DNA of 64,000 bases from Candidatus Eiseniibacteriota bacterium (GTDB lineage: Bacteria; Eisenbacteria; RBG-16-71-46). Below the pieces are notes generated by a model, which worked only from the letters and a program-made list of their open reading frames with translations, had not been told where the DNA came from and did not search any database. Each line of letters begins with the position of its first letter. The first letter of the stretch is position 1. Made by a program: the position numbers and the translations under genes. Where the stretch lies: NCBI GenBank assembly GCA_044223005.1, contig JBGAML010000004.1, positions 232,920 through 296,919 on the forward strand, written 5' to 3'. Below, one piece after another: positions 21,903 through 29,426 of this stretch.

Positions 21903-21933
21903 ATTCGACGGCGCATTCGGCGGAATTCCGCAT
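21903..21933 (-). promoter_or_regulatory. ECF-type promoter-like element, copy B, upstream of the CHAT gene
   Basis: Minus strand ATGCGGAATTCCGCCGAATGCGCCGTCGAAT, ending 67 nt before ATG 21835. Confidence 0.65.
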
Positions 21934-22104
21934 GCGCGATCGCGGATATCTCACGCGAGTTTCCCGACGTCGTTTCATTCGACCGATCCGGACGGTTTGC
22001 ACCCGTTTCTCATACCCCGCAGGGCGCGAAGCGTCCTAGAATGACTCGTGCTTGGTGGGCCTCATGACCGGGAGTGCTCGATCCGGCAGCGGGAAGGACC
22101 GCGG

Positions 22105-22968
22105 ATGACCGAATCCGAACACACTCCGAATTCCATGACGCCCGTCCCCCACCATGCCGGGGACGTGGAACTGGTGCGTCGGATTCTCGCAGACGACGCG
22201 CCCGCGTGGGAAGCGTTCGTCCACCGCTATGCGGGCCTGATCTACTCGGTCGTCCGTCGCTACCTGCGCACGCGCGATCGGGACGACATCCGCTCGGTGA
22301 TGGTCGACGTCCTGGTGAACTTGCGCCGTTCGAAGCTCGCGACCTACGAAGGTCGTGCCGCACTTTCGACTTGGTTGACGCTGGTGGCGCGCTCCGAAGC
22401 GCTCGAAGTACTGCGCCGGCGATTCGGCCGGGGGCGCGACGTCGCGGGATTCGAAGATCTCTCGGAACTCGAACGCCGCATCTTCCGCTTCTACTACATC
22501 GAGGGACGTTCCTGTCACGACCTGATCGCCGAACTGTCGACGCCGACCGATCCGTGGACCCTCGATCGCTTCGTCGCGACGCTTCGGAGCATCGAACAGA
22601 AGCTGGGTGACCGCTGGCTGCGCCGGCATGCCTACGACCTGCACGCGCAGTCGGTGGGCGCGGCCTCGGGGCGGATGCTGGAATACCTGGACCACGTGCG
22701 CGACGAGTTCCAGCACCAGTCGGGGGGACACAGCCCGGAGTATCACCTCATGGAACGTGAGGCTCGCCTCACGGCCCGGAGGCTCCGGGAGATGATCGAA
22801 ACGCTCGATCCGGCCGAGCGGCGCATCCTCGAACTGAGATTCGAGCTGGGTTGGACCGCGCAGGAGATCGCCGACGAACTCGGGATCCCGAGCGCGCGGG
22901 GGGTCTACAGCATCACCGAACGCGTCGTACGGCACCTGCGGCGCTGGTTCGGTGAGCAGGAACGGTAG
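22105..22968 (+). CDS. ECF-like sigma-70 family factor with an internal extra sigma4-like segment
   Basis: GGAAGGA RBS; sigma2 AWEAFVHRYAGLIYSVVRR...LSTWLTLVARS; sigma4 LDPAERRILELRFELGWTAQEIADELGI. Confidence 0.88.
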   Translation: MTESEHTPNSMTPVPHHAGDVELVRRILADDAPAWEAFVHRYAGLIYSVVRRYLRTRDRDDIRSVMVDVLVNLRRSKLATYEGRAALSTWLTLVARSEALEVLRRRFGRGRDVAGFEDLSELERRIFRFYYIEGRSCHDLIAELSTPTDPWTLDRFVATLRSIEQKLGDRWLRRHAYDLHAQSVGAASGRMLEYLDHVRDEFQHQSGGHSPEYHLMEREARLTARRLREMIETLDPAERRILELRFELGWTAQEIADELGIPSARGVYSITERVVRHLRRWFGEQER

Positions 22969-22974
22969 GACATC

Positions 22975-23847
22975 ATGACCGGACACGAAGATCTCGAGAC
23001 GCTGGCGGCGCTCGCCGAGGGGACACTCCCGCCGGACGTGGCCGAGCGCGTGCGCGAGCACCTCGCCGGGTGCCGAACCTGCACGGCCGCGTACGTCGAC
23101 GCCGTGCGCTACCGCGCCGCGTGGCTGGCGAAGCCGGCGCCGTTCGTGGAATCCGCGTCCCGTTCGCCCGAACTCGCGCACGCGATCCGGCGCGCGACAG
23201 GCGCCAGGCGCGCGCCCGCGCTGGTGCCGCTCGCCGCAGCCGCGTTGGTGGCGGTGTTCGCCGGAGCCTTCGTGGTGCTGCAGCCCAAGGTCGGTCCCGG
23301 CACGGGCCTCTCGTTGACGCCGAACGTGCGCGAGGCGCTCGAAGCCCGCGTGGCGAACGGACTCGTGATTCCCGGCGCGACCGGCGCTCCCGCGCGGCCC
23401 GTCACCGAGTTGCGCTCGGGAACCGTCGAGGTCTCGCCGGGACTCGCGCGCGACGTCGATTCGCTGCGTGGGGCGTACGAGCACGCGCGCCCGACGCCCG
23501 AACTGGCGGCGCACCTGGTCGCCGCGTTGCTCGCGGCGGGTGATCTCGACGCGGCGCGCGACTACGCGATCGAGGCGGTGCGGACGTACCCGGACGACGT
23601 GCGCGTGCTGGTGGTCGCCGCGGCCGTGCGCGACCGCGTGAGCGATCTCTCGGGCGCCGAGGAACTGCTGCGGCACGCGGTGCGCCTCGCGCCGGCGGAT
23701 CCGGTCGCGACGCTCGACCTGGCGCTCGTGCTGCGGCAGCGCGGCGACTCGGCCGAAGCCCGGGACCTGCTCACGCGCGTCGCCCGCACCCGCGCGGGCG
23801 AGCTGAGCGTGCGGGCGCGCCGGGAACTCGCGACGCCGCTGCCCTGA
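22975..23847 (+). CDS. zf-HC2 anti-sigma factor with TM helix and C-terminal TPRs
   Basis: H...EHLAGCRTC ZAS motif, TM ALVPLAAAALVAVFAGAFVVL, TPRs (AGDLDAARDYAIEAVRTYP, AEELLRHAVRLAP). Confidence 0.88.
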   Translation: MTGHEDLETLAALAEGTLPPDVAERVREHLAGCRTCTAAYVDAVRYRAAWLAKPAPFVESASRSPELAHAIRRATGARRAPALVPLAAAALVAVFAGAFVVLQPKVGPGTGLSLTPNVREALEARVANGLVIPGATGAPARPVTELRSGTVEVSPGLARDVDSLRGAYEHARPTPELAAHLVAALLAAGDLDAARDYAIEAVRTYPDDVRVLVVAAAVRDRVSDLSGAEELLRHAVRLAPADPVATLDLALVLRQRGDSAEARDLLTRVARTRAGELSVRARRELATPLP

Positions 23848-23860
23848 GGCGCGGCCCGCG

Positions 23861-24568
23861 TCAGCGCGTGCGGCGAGTAGGCGCGCGACTGCCCCAGCCG
23901 CGCCCGGCCCACTTCTGCAGCGCGGGCGGCAGGTGGCCGACGTCGCTGTAGGTGACGAGCCTCATCGAGCCATCGGGCCGGATCGCGATCACGGTCAGTG
24001 ACGCGTTGGCGATGTCGTTCGCGTACCAGTGCCGCTCGTCGGCGCCGGTCGCGCGCGCGACGAGCCAGCGGATCACGTTGCCGTGACAGACGAGCAGGTC
24101 CCACGTGTCGCCCTGCGGCGTCGGCGCGAAGTAGCGGCTCCAGACAGCCTCGAGCGACTCGACGCAGTGCGCGATGTCTTCCGGCGAGTGGTACGTCGTG
24201 TACTCCGGATGCTCGGGCGTGGGCGTGCACTCTCGGATCAGCGTGTCGACGTCCGGGTGGCGGTGCAGCACCGCGCCGATGTCCTCGGCCGTCTGGCGCG
24301 CGCGCAGGAAATCGCTGGTCGCGAACCGCGTGAACGGGACGTTCATGTCCGCGAGGCGTTCACCCAGCCGGCGCGCCTGTTCGTGGCCGAGGGCGTTGAG
24401 CGGGTTGTCGGTGAGCTCGCTCAGGCCGTCGTTGCGGTCGAACGCGCCGTGCCGGACGAGGAACACGAAGTGGTTGCCCGTCGCGGGCCGGGGCGCATCG
24501 GGCGCGGCGGCGATCGCGGCGCACGCGAGTCCTGCGAGCAGCGCCAGCGCGAGCGCGAACCGCCTCAC
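23861..24568 (-). CDS. Secreted histidine phosphatase (PGAM5-like), paralog 2
   Basis: GTG 24568 overlaps the upstream stop; signal peptide, LVRHG, SDFLRARQTA, LVCHGNVIRW. Confidence 0.88.
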   Translation of the reverse strand: MRRFALALALLAGLACAAIAAAPDAPRPATGNHFVFLVRHGAFDRNDGLSELTDNPLNALGHEQARRLGERLADMNVPFTRFATSDFLRARQTAEDIGAVLHRHPDVDTLIRECTPTPEHPEYTTYHSPEDIAHCVESLEAVWSRYFAPTPQGDTWDLLVCHGNVIRWLVARATGADERHWYANDIANASLTVIAIRPDGSMRLVTYSDVGHLPPALQKWAGRGWGSRAPTRRTR

Positions 24569-25290
24569 TTCGCGGGCACCTTCCAGCCGCCGCCGGGACC
24601 GCTCCACGTCTGCAGCGCCACGGGGATGTGGCCGACGTCGCTGTAGGTCACGAGCCGTGCGACGCCGTCGGGGCGCACCGCGATCACGGTGATCGAGCAG
24701 TTGCCGATGTCGAACCGGCTCCAGTGCGTGGTGTCGAGGCTGATCGCCTTGCTCACGAACCACCGGATGACGTTGCCGTGGCAGACGAGCACGTCGTGCG
24801 TGTCCGCGTCGGGAGTGGGCGTGAAGTACTTCCGCCACGCCGCGTTCACGTTCGAATCGCAGAGCGCGATCTCCTCGGCGGTGTGGTTCTTCATCCAGTC
24901 GGGGCGGTCGGCCGTCGGCGTGCACTCGTGGATCAGCGAATCCTCCTGCACCGGCATGTGCATGAGTTTCGCCATCTCGGCCGCCGTCTCCCGCGCGCGC
25001 AGGAAGTCGCTGCTCACGAGCGAGCGGAAATGAACGGGCAGCTTCGCGAGCCGAGCTCCCACGATCCGGGCCTGGCGGTGCCCGAGCGCATTGAGGGCGC
25101 TGTGCGTCCGGTCGTCCTCGCTCGTCGTATCGCGGTCGTAGTAGCCGTGCCGGATCAAGTAGACGTAGTGCAGGCCCTTGCCGCCGCTGGCCGGCGGGAC
25201 GTCGGCGGCAAAGCCGGGGCGGGGTGAGAGGGCCAGCGCAAACAGCAGCGCGATCAGCAGGACCGAGAACCTCGTGAACGGGGACGGCAT
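24565..25290 (-). CDS. Secreted histidine phosphatase (PGAM5-like), paralog 1
   Basis: Signal peptide, LIRHG, SSDFLRARETA, LVCHGNVIRW. Confidence 0.9.
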   Translation of the reverse strand: MPSPFTRFSVLLIALLFALALSPRPGFAADVPPASGGKGLHYVYLIRHGYYDRDTTSEDDRTHSALNALGHRQARIVGARLAKLPVHFRSLVSSDFLRARETAAEMAKLMHMPVQEDSLIHECTPTADRPDWMKNHTAEEIALCDSNVNAAWRKYFTPTPDADTHDVLVCHGNVIRWFVSKAISLDTTHWSRFDIGNCSITVIAVRPDGVARLVTYSDVGHIPVALQTWSGPGGGWKVPAK

Positions 25291-25590
25291 GCACTCCTCC
25301 AGCAGCGCCTGCGGCGCAGGTCGGGTCGGATGCGGGATGCATCCAGCGCACTCACCTACGCACCCTAGTCACCGCGTCGCTTCGCGGCAACAGGCCCCCC
25401 GAGCGGTGCTCCTGCACACCGGAATTCAGCGGCGTCCGTCCGCGGTGCCCGGTATCTTCACCACACCACGCGCGGCCGGGTGCACCGCGCGGTCCCTTCG
25501 CTCCCCCCGCGCGACGATTCCGCACCCCCCACTCGTTCCGGTGGTCGTCGCGCTCGCCGCATGCCGGCCACCGCTGCCGCGGAGTGTCCC

Positions 25591-27264
25591 ATGCGCCTCG
25601 TTCCCTTCCTCCTAGCATTGGCCGTTGTCTCCTCCAGCGTCGACGCGTTCGCCACCTCGACCACGGTCCCCGACAACTATTCGACGATCCAGGCGGCCAT
25701 CAACGCCAACGTCGACACCGTGTGGGTCAAGGGCGGTACGTACGAAGAGACGGTGAACATCACCCACGCCGTGCTGCTCACGTACGACGAGCGCGCCTAC
25801 TTCCCGGCGGCCCCGATCGTTCGCCGGATCACCAGCCCCAGCCTTACCGGCGTGGTGCGTGTGCGTGGCTTCCACATTCTCGGAGGCGCCGCGGTAACGG
25901 CGTTCAACGGGTGCGAGTTCACGTTCTGCCGCGCGGACTCGGGGATCAGCTGCACCTCGCAGTACGTCGCGCGCGTCATGGGCTGCGTGGTGTACGGCAC
26001 GCTGAGCGCGAACGGACTCAACTCGCAGGTGATGTTCAACTCCGTCAACTCCGGCGGCATCTCCGCAGGAGGCAACGGCTCGTCACCGATCAGCAACAAC
26101 CTCGTGACCGGGCCCGCCGCGACTGGCATCACCCTGGGCTCGGACTGCTATGCGTACGACAACCACGTGCGTGCATGTACCGATGGCATTCGCATCGCCG
26201 GGACGAACAATGCCGGCGCGTACCGGAACATCGTCGAGGACTGCACGGGGCGCGGGATCGTGGGGCCCACGCCCGGACCGGGCGGGCAGGCTGTCGTGGA
26301 CTGCATGGACAACGTGGTTCGCCGCGTGGGCGGCGTCGGTGTGCAGTTCACCGGGGTCGGCCCGACGATCATGCGGAACACCGTCGACAGCACTGGCAGC
26401 ACGGGCATGAGCCTCCTCGTTGTCACGGCGACGATCGACAGCAACACGGTCCGGCGAGCGAACGGGCCGGGCATCGTGATGACCACGATCGTCCAGCACA
26501 TTCGCGGCAACGTCGTGACGCATTGCGCGGGTGACGGCATCCGGGCCGACCTCTGCCCGCTCGTCGACTACAACGTCTCGCTGCACAACGCCGGTGCCGG
26601 CATCAAGCTCTTGTCCGACGACGCCTTCGATCGCATCCGATCCAATACCTGCTCTGGAAACTCGGGCCCCGGCATTTCGCTGCAGGCGACGGACTCCGAC
26701 CCCGATTCCGTCAACAACAACATCAGCGCCGCGAACGGCGTGGGGTTGGAGCGCATCGGCGCCGGCGTGATCACGCTCGGGTGCAACGACTGGTACGCGA
26801 ACCCCGGCGGCGCGACGACGGGAGTGAGCGCTGCGGCGACGGACTTCTCGCTCGATCCGCTCTTCTGCAACCTGCCTGCCGACATCGTCACGCTGGCCTC
26901 GACGTCGCCGGCGTTGAGCCGCGCGGGGTGCGGGCTCGTCGGCGCGCTGGGGCTCGGGTGCCCGACCGCGTCGACGGTGCCCGCGGGAGCGCGCTCGAGC
27001 GACGCTGGGCTGCGGTCGTTCCCGCAGCCCTCGCGCGGCGCGATCCATTTCGCGTGGGCGCCGCAGGCATCGCCCGTGACGCTCGAGATCTTCGACGCCC
27101 AGGGGGCGTTGCGGTTCTCGCGCGACGTGAGCGCGGGGACGGGCGAGGTCGAGTGGAGCCTGCCCGGAGGCGATCGCAGCCGGTTCCCGGCGGGCGTCTA
27201 CTTCGCCCGGCTCCGGGACGAGCTGGGTGAGCGCGGGGCCTGCCGGGTCGTGGTGTTGCGATAG
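25591..27264 (+). CDS. Secreted right-handed parallel beta-helix protein with C-terminal FlgD-Ig/CTD-like domain
   Basis: Signal peptide, VPDNYSTIQAAI, GTYEETV, repeated GI...N.V, DPLFC, GVYFARL tail. Confidence 0.85.
   Translation: MRLVPFLLALAVVSSSVDAFATSTTVPDNYSTIQAAINANVDTVWVKGGTYEETVNITHAVLLTYDERAYFPAAPIVRRITSPSLTGVVRVRGFHILGGAAVTAFNGCEFTFCRADSGISCTSQYVARVMGCVVYGTLSANGLNSQVMFNSVNSGGISAGGNGSSPISNNLVTGPAATGITLGSDCYAYDNHVRACTDGIRIAGTNNAGAYRNIVEDCTGRGIVGPTPGPGGQAVVDCMDNVVRRVGGVGVQFTGVGPTIMRNTVDSTGSTGMSLLVVTATIDSNTVRRANGPGIVMTTIVQHIRGNVVTHCAGDGIRADLCPLVDYNVSLHNAGAGIKLLSDDAFDRIRSNTCSGNSGPGISLQATDSDPDSVNNNISAANGVGLERIGAGVITLGCNDWYANPGGATTGVSAAATDFSLDPLFCNLPADIVTLASTSPALSRAGCGLVGALGLGCPTASTVPAGARSSDAGLRSFPQPSRGAIHFAWAPQASPVTLEIFDAQGALRFSRDVSAGTGEVEWSLPGGDRSRFPAGVYFARLRDELGERGACRVVVLR
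27131..27221 (+). repeat. Near-identical C-terminal cassette, copy 1
   Basis: Blocks of 29 bp and 54 bp identical to 29056-29146, separated by an 8-nt divergent gap. Confidence 0.9.
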
Positions 27265-27286
27265 CCCTTCGGCGAACGACGCGGGC

Positions 27287-27314
27287 GATGCCCGGAGGCG
27301 ATCCTCCGGGCATC
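27287..27314 (+). terminator. Hairpin terminator after beta-helix gene 1
   Basis: GATGCCCGGAGG-CGAT-CCTCCGGGCATC followed by CTCTGTGTTCTT. Confidence 0.6.
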
Positions 27315-27497
27315 CTCTGTGTTCTTGACAGGTTGGCGCCGACGATTCGATAAGCTCCACTGCATACTCTCCGGCGCCCCGCGGTCGTTCCCGACGACCC
27401 GCCTTCCCCCGCGCGATTCCCGGTGCCGGGCCGTTCGCACGCGGGGTGGCGATGCACCGGGGCTTCGGCACTCCGCACCGCAGCTTCGGAGGCCGGC

Positions 27498-29189
27498 ATG
27501 AATCGCACCGTCGCCGCAGTGCTGTTCGGGCTGCTCGCGCTACCTCTCAGGATTCACGCCACGACACTCGTGGTTCCCGACAACGCCGCTTCCATTCAGG
27601 CCGCGATCGACGCGGGTGCGGACTCCGTGCTCGTGAGGACCGGAATCTACGAGGAGTCCGTCACGATCACGCACAGTCTCTATCTGGGCTGGCATCAGGG
27701 AAGCACCTATCCCTACTTGCTGGAGCCGCCGCGCGTGCGTCGCATTCGCACCACGGACGTCAGCACGTACACAGTCACGGTCGAGGGCCTCCACGTGCTC
27801 GGCGGTGTACGGCTCGATCGCGGGAGCACCCTCGTTGTCCGGATGTGTCGCGCGGACTCCGGCATGACCTGCGGGTTCAACCAGGTACGAGTAATGTCGT
27901 GCCTCGTGTTTGGCGACCTGGTCGTGAGCAACCTGGCCAATCAGGTCCTGTTCAGCACCGTCGTCGGAGGCAAACTCAGTGTCGTCGGCGGGACCACGAA
28001 CACGGTTGCCTCCAACTTCGTCGCGGGGCCGTCGCCCGTCGGTATCGAGGTCGGGGTGGATGTGCACGCGCACGACAACGTCGTCCGCGGATGCGTCGAC
28101 GGCATTCACGTGACGTGTGACAGCAACGCGGAAGTGCGCGACAACCTCGTCACCGACTGCTCCGGCGACGGGATTGCCTTCAACTGTTCCCGCAGCCTCC
28201 CCGGACCATGGCGAGTGCGGGGAAACACGATTCGACGGTGCGGGGGAATCGGACTTCACGGTGAAGGCTGGATCGTGACCGGAGACTTCAACTCCAATAC
28301 GATCGACAGCACTGGCAACGACGGCATCCGGCTCGCCGGCACGATCGCTTGGCTTGACAGCTGCGACGTCCGGCGCGCAGGCGACGCCGGAATCCGCATG
28401 ACTGGAATGGTGGTGAGCCATCTTTCCGCGAACAGGGTGCTGCGCTCGGGAGGAGACGGAATCTCCGTGACGTGGCTGAATGGGAAGGTCGACCACAACG
28501 TAGTGGGCCGAAACGGTGGGCGAGGCATCGCCGCCACCGCGGCCTACTCCGGTGCGAGCATGGTGTCCAACACCAGCTACGAAAACGGGCTCCAGGGACT
28601 CGACTTCGAGAATCCCGAGCCACAGCCAGTGGACATCACCGCCAACATCGGTTTCGCCAATTCGCGGGGGGTGCGCGTGACGGGCGCCGGCTCGGCGACG
28701 CTCGGCTGCAACGACTGGTTCGGCAACTCCGGCGGAGCCACCGAGGGAATCGCTCCCGGCCCGAGCGACTTCGATGCGGACCCCCTCTTCTGCAATCTGC
28801 ACGCCGATGTGGTCACGCTCGCGTCGATGTCACCCGCGCTCAGTCATGGCAACTGCGGACTCGTGGGTGCGCTCGGACTGGGCTGTCCGACACCGACGTC
28901 GGTTCCCGCGGCCACGAGGCTGGAGGATGCGCGCTTGCGCGTGTTCCCGCAGCCAAACCACGGCGCGATGCGCTTCGCATGGACGCCCCAGCCGGAGCCA
29001 TTGCAACTCGAGGTCTTCGACGCTCAGGGCGCGCTCCGGTTTTCGCGTGGCGTCGGCGCGGGGACGGGCGAGGTCGAGTGGAGCATGGCCTTAGGCGATC
29101 GCAGCCGGTTCCCGGCGGGCGTCTACTTCGCCCGGCTCCGGGACGACGCCGGCGAACGCGGTACATGCCGCGTCGTGATGCTTCGGTAG
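27498..29189 (+). CDS. Secreted right-handed parallel beta-helix protein with C-terminal FlgD-Ig/CTD-like domain (paralog)
   Basis: GGAGG RBS, signal peptide, VPDNAASIQAAI, DPLFCN, GVYFARL. Confidence 0.85.
   Translation: MNRTVAAVLFGLLALPLRIHATTLVVPDNAASIQAAIDAGADSVLVRTGIYEESVTITHSLYLGWHQGSTYPYLLEPPRVRRIRTTDVSTYTVTVEGLHVLGGVRLDRGSTLVVRMCRADSGMTCGFNQVRVMSCLVFGDLVVSNLANQVLFSTVVGGKLSVVGGTTNTVASNFVAGPSPVGIEVGVDVHAHDNVVRGCVDGIHVTCDSNAEVRDNLVTDCSGDGIAFNCSRSLPGPWRVRGNTIRRCGGIGLHGEGWIVTGDFNSNTIDSTGNDGIRLAGTIAWLDSCDVRRAGDAGIRMTGMVVSHLSANRVLRSGGDGISVTWLNGKVDHNVVGRNGGRGIAATAAYSGASMVSNTSYENGLQGLDFENPEPQPVDITANIGFANSRGVRVTGAGSATLGCNDWFGNSGGATEGIAPGPSDFDADPLFCNLHADVVTLASMSPALSHGNCGLVGALGLGCPTPTSVPAATRLEDARLRVFPQPNHGAMRFAWTPQPEPLQLEVFDAQGALRFSRGVGAGTGEVEWSMALGDRSRFPAGVYFARLRDDAGERGTCRVVMLR
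29056..29146 (+). repeat. Near-identical C-terminal cassette, copy 2
   Basis: Matches 27131-27221. Confidence 0.9.
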
Positions 29190-29426
29190 CGGATCGTCTT
29201 CGCGGATCGGCCCCGGGCGGTGGGATCGTCGTCCGGGGCCGATCGCGTCGTGAGACGTCGACTTCGCCAGTTGCGGCCCAGGATCCAAGTGCGAATGGCC
29301 TACTAAAGTCGCATTGCGGCACCGGGCCTGCGCGGGCACGTTTGCCACGATCGCCGAGACGAATCCGCTCGCAGGCCCCGGGGGCGGAGGTCGGCCGTCT
29401 GGTTCGGCGATCAGTGGGATGGTCGC

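Noticed and set aside
18956..21933. CRISPR repeats or a Craspase locus
   Set aside because: Only two copies, 2.9 kb apart; no array and no cas genes in the window.
23861..25351. Single 496-aa ORF spanning both phosphatases
   Set aside because: Its N-terminal part is an off-frame overlap of paralog 1. Paralog 2 has its own GTG at 24568 and its own signal peptide.
25497..25525. Third ECF promoter copy facing the phosphatase genes (GTGCGGAAT...CGAA)
   Set aside because: The spacer is one base short and the -10 box matches only CGAA.
27325..27356. Sigma70 promoter at TTGACA
   Set aside because: No acceptable -10 box at 16-18 bp spacing.
27131..29146. Diversity-generating retroelement TR/VR pair
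   Set aside because: Differences are not adenine-specific, both copies are coding, and there is no reverse transcriptase in the window.
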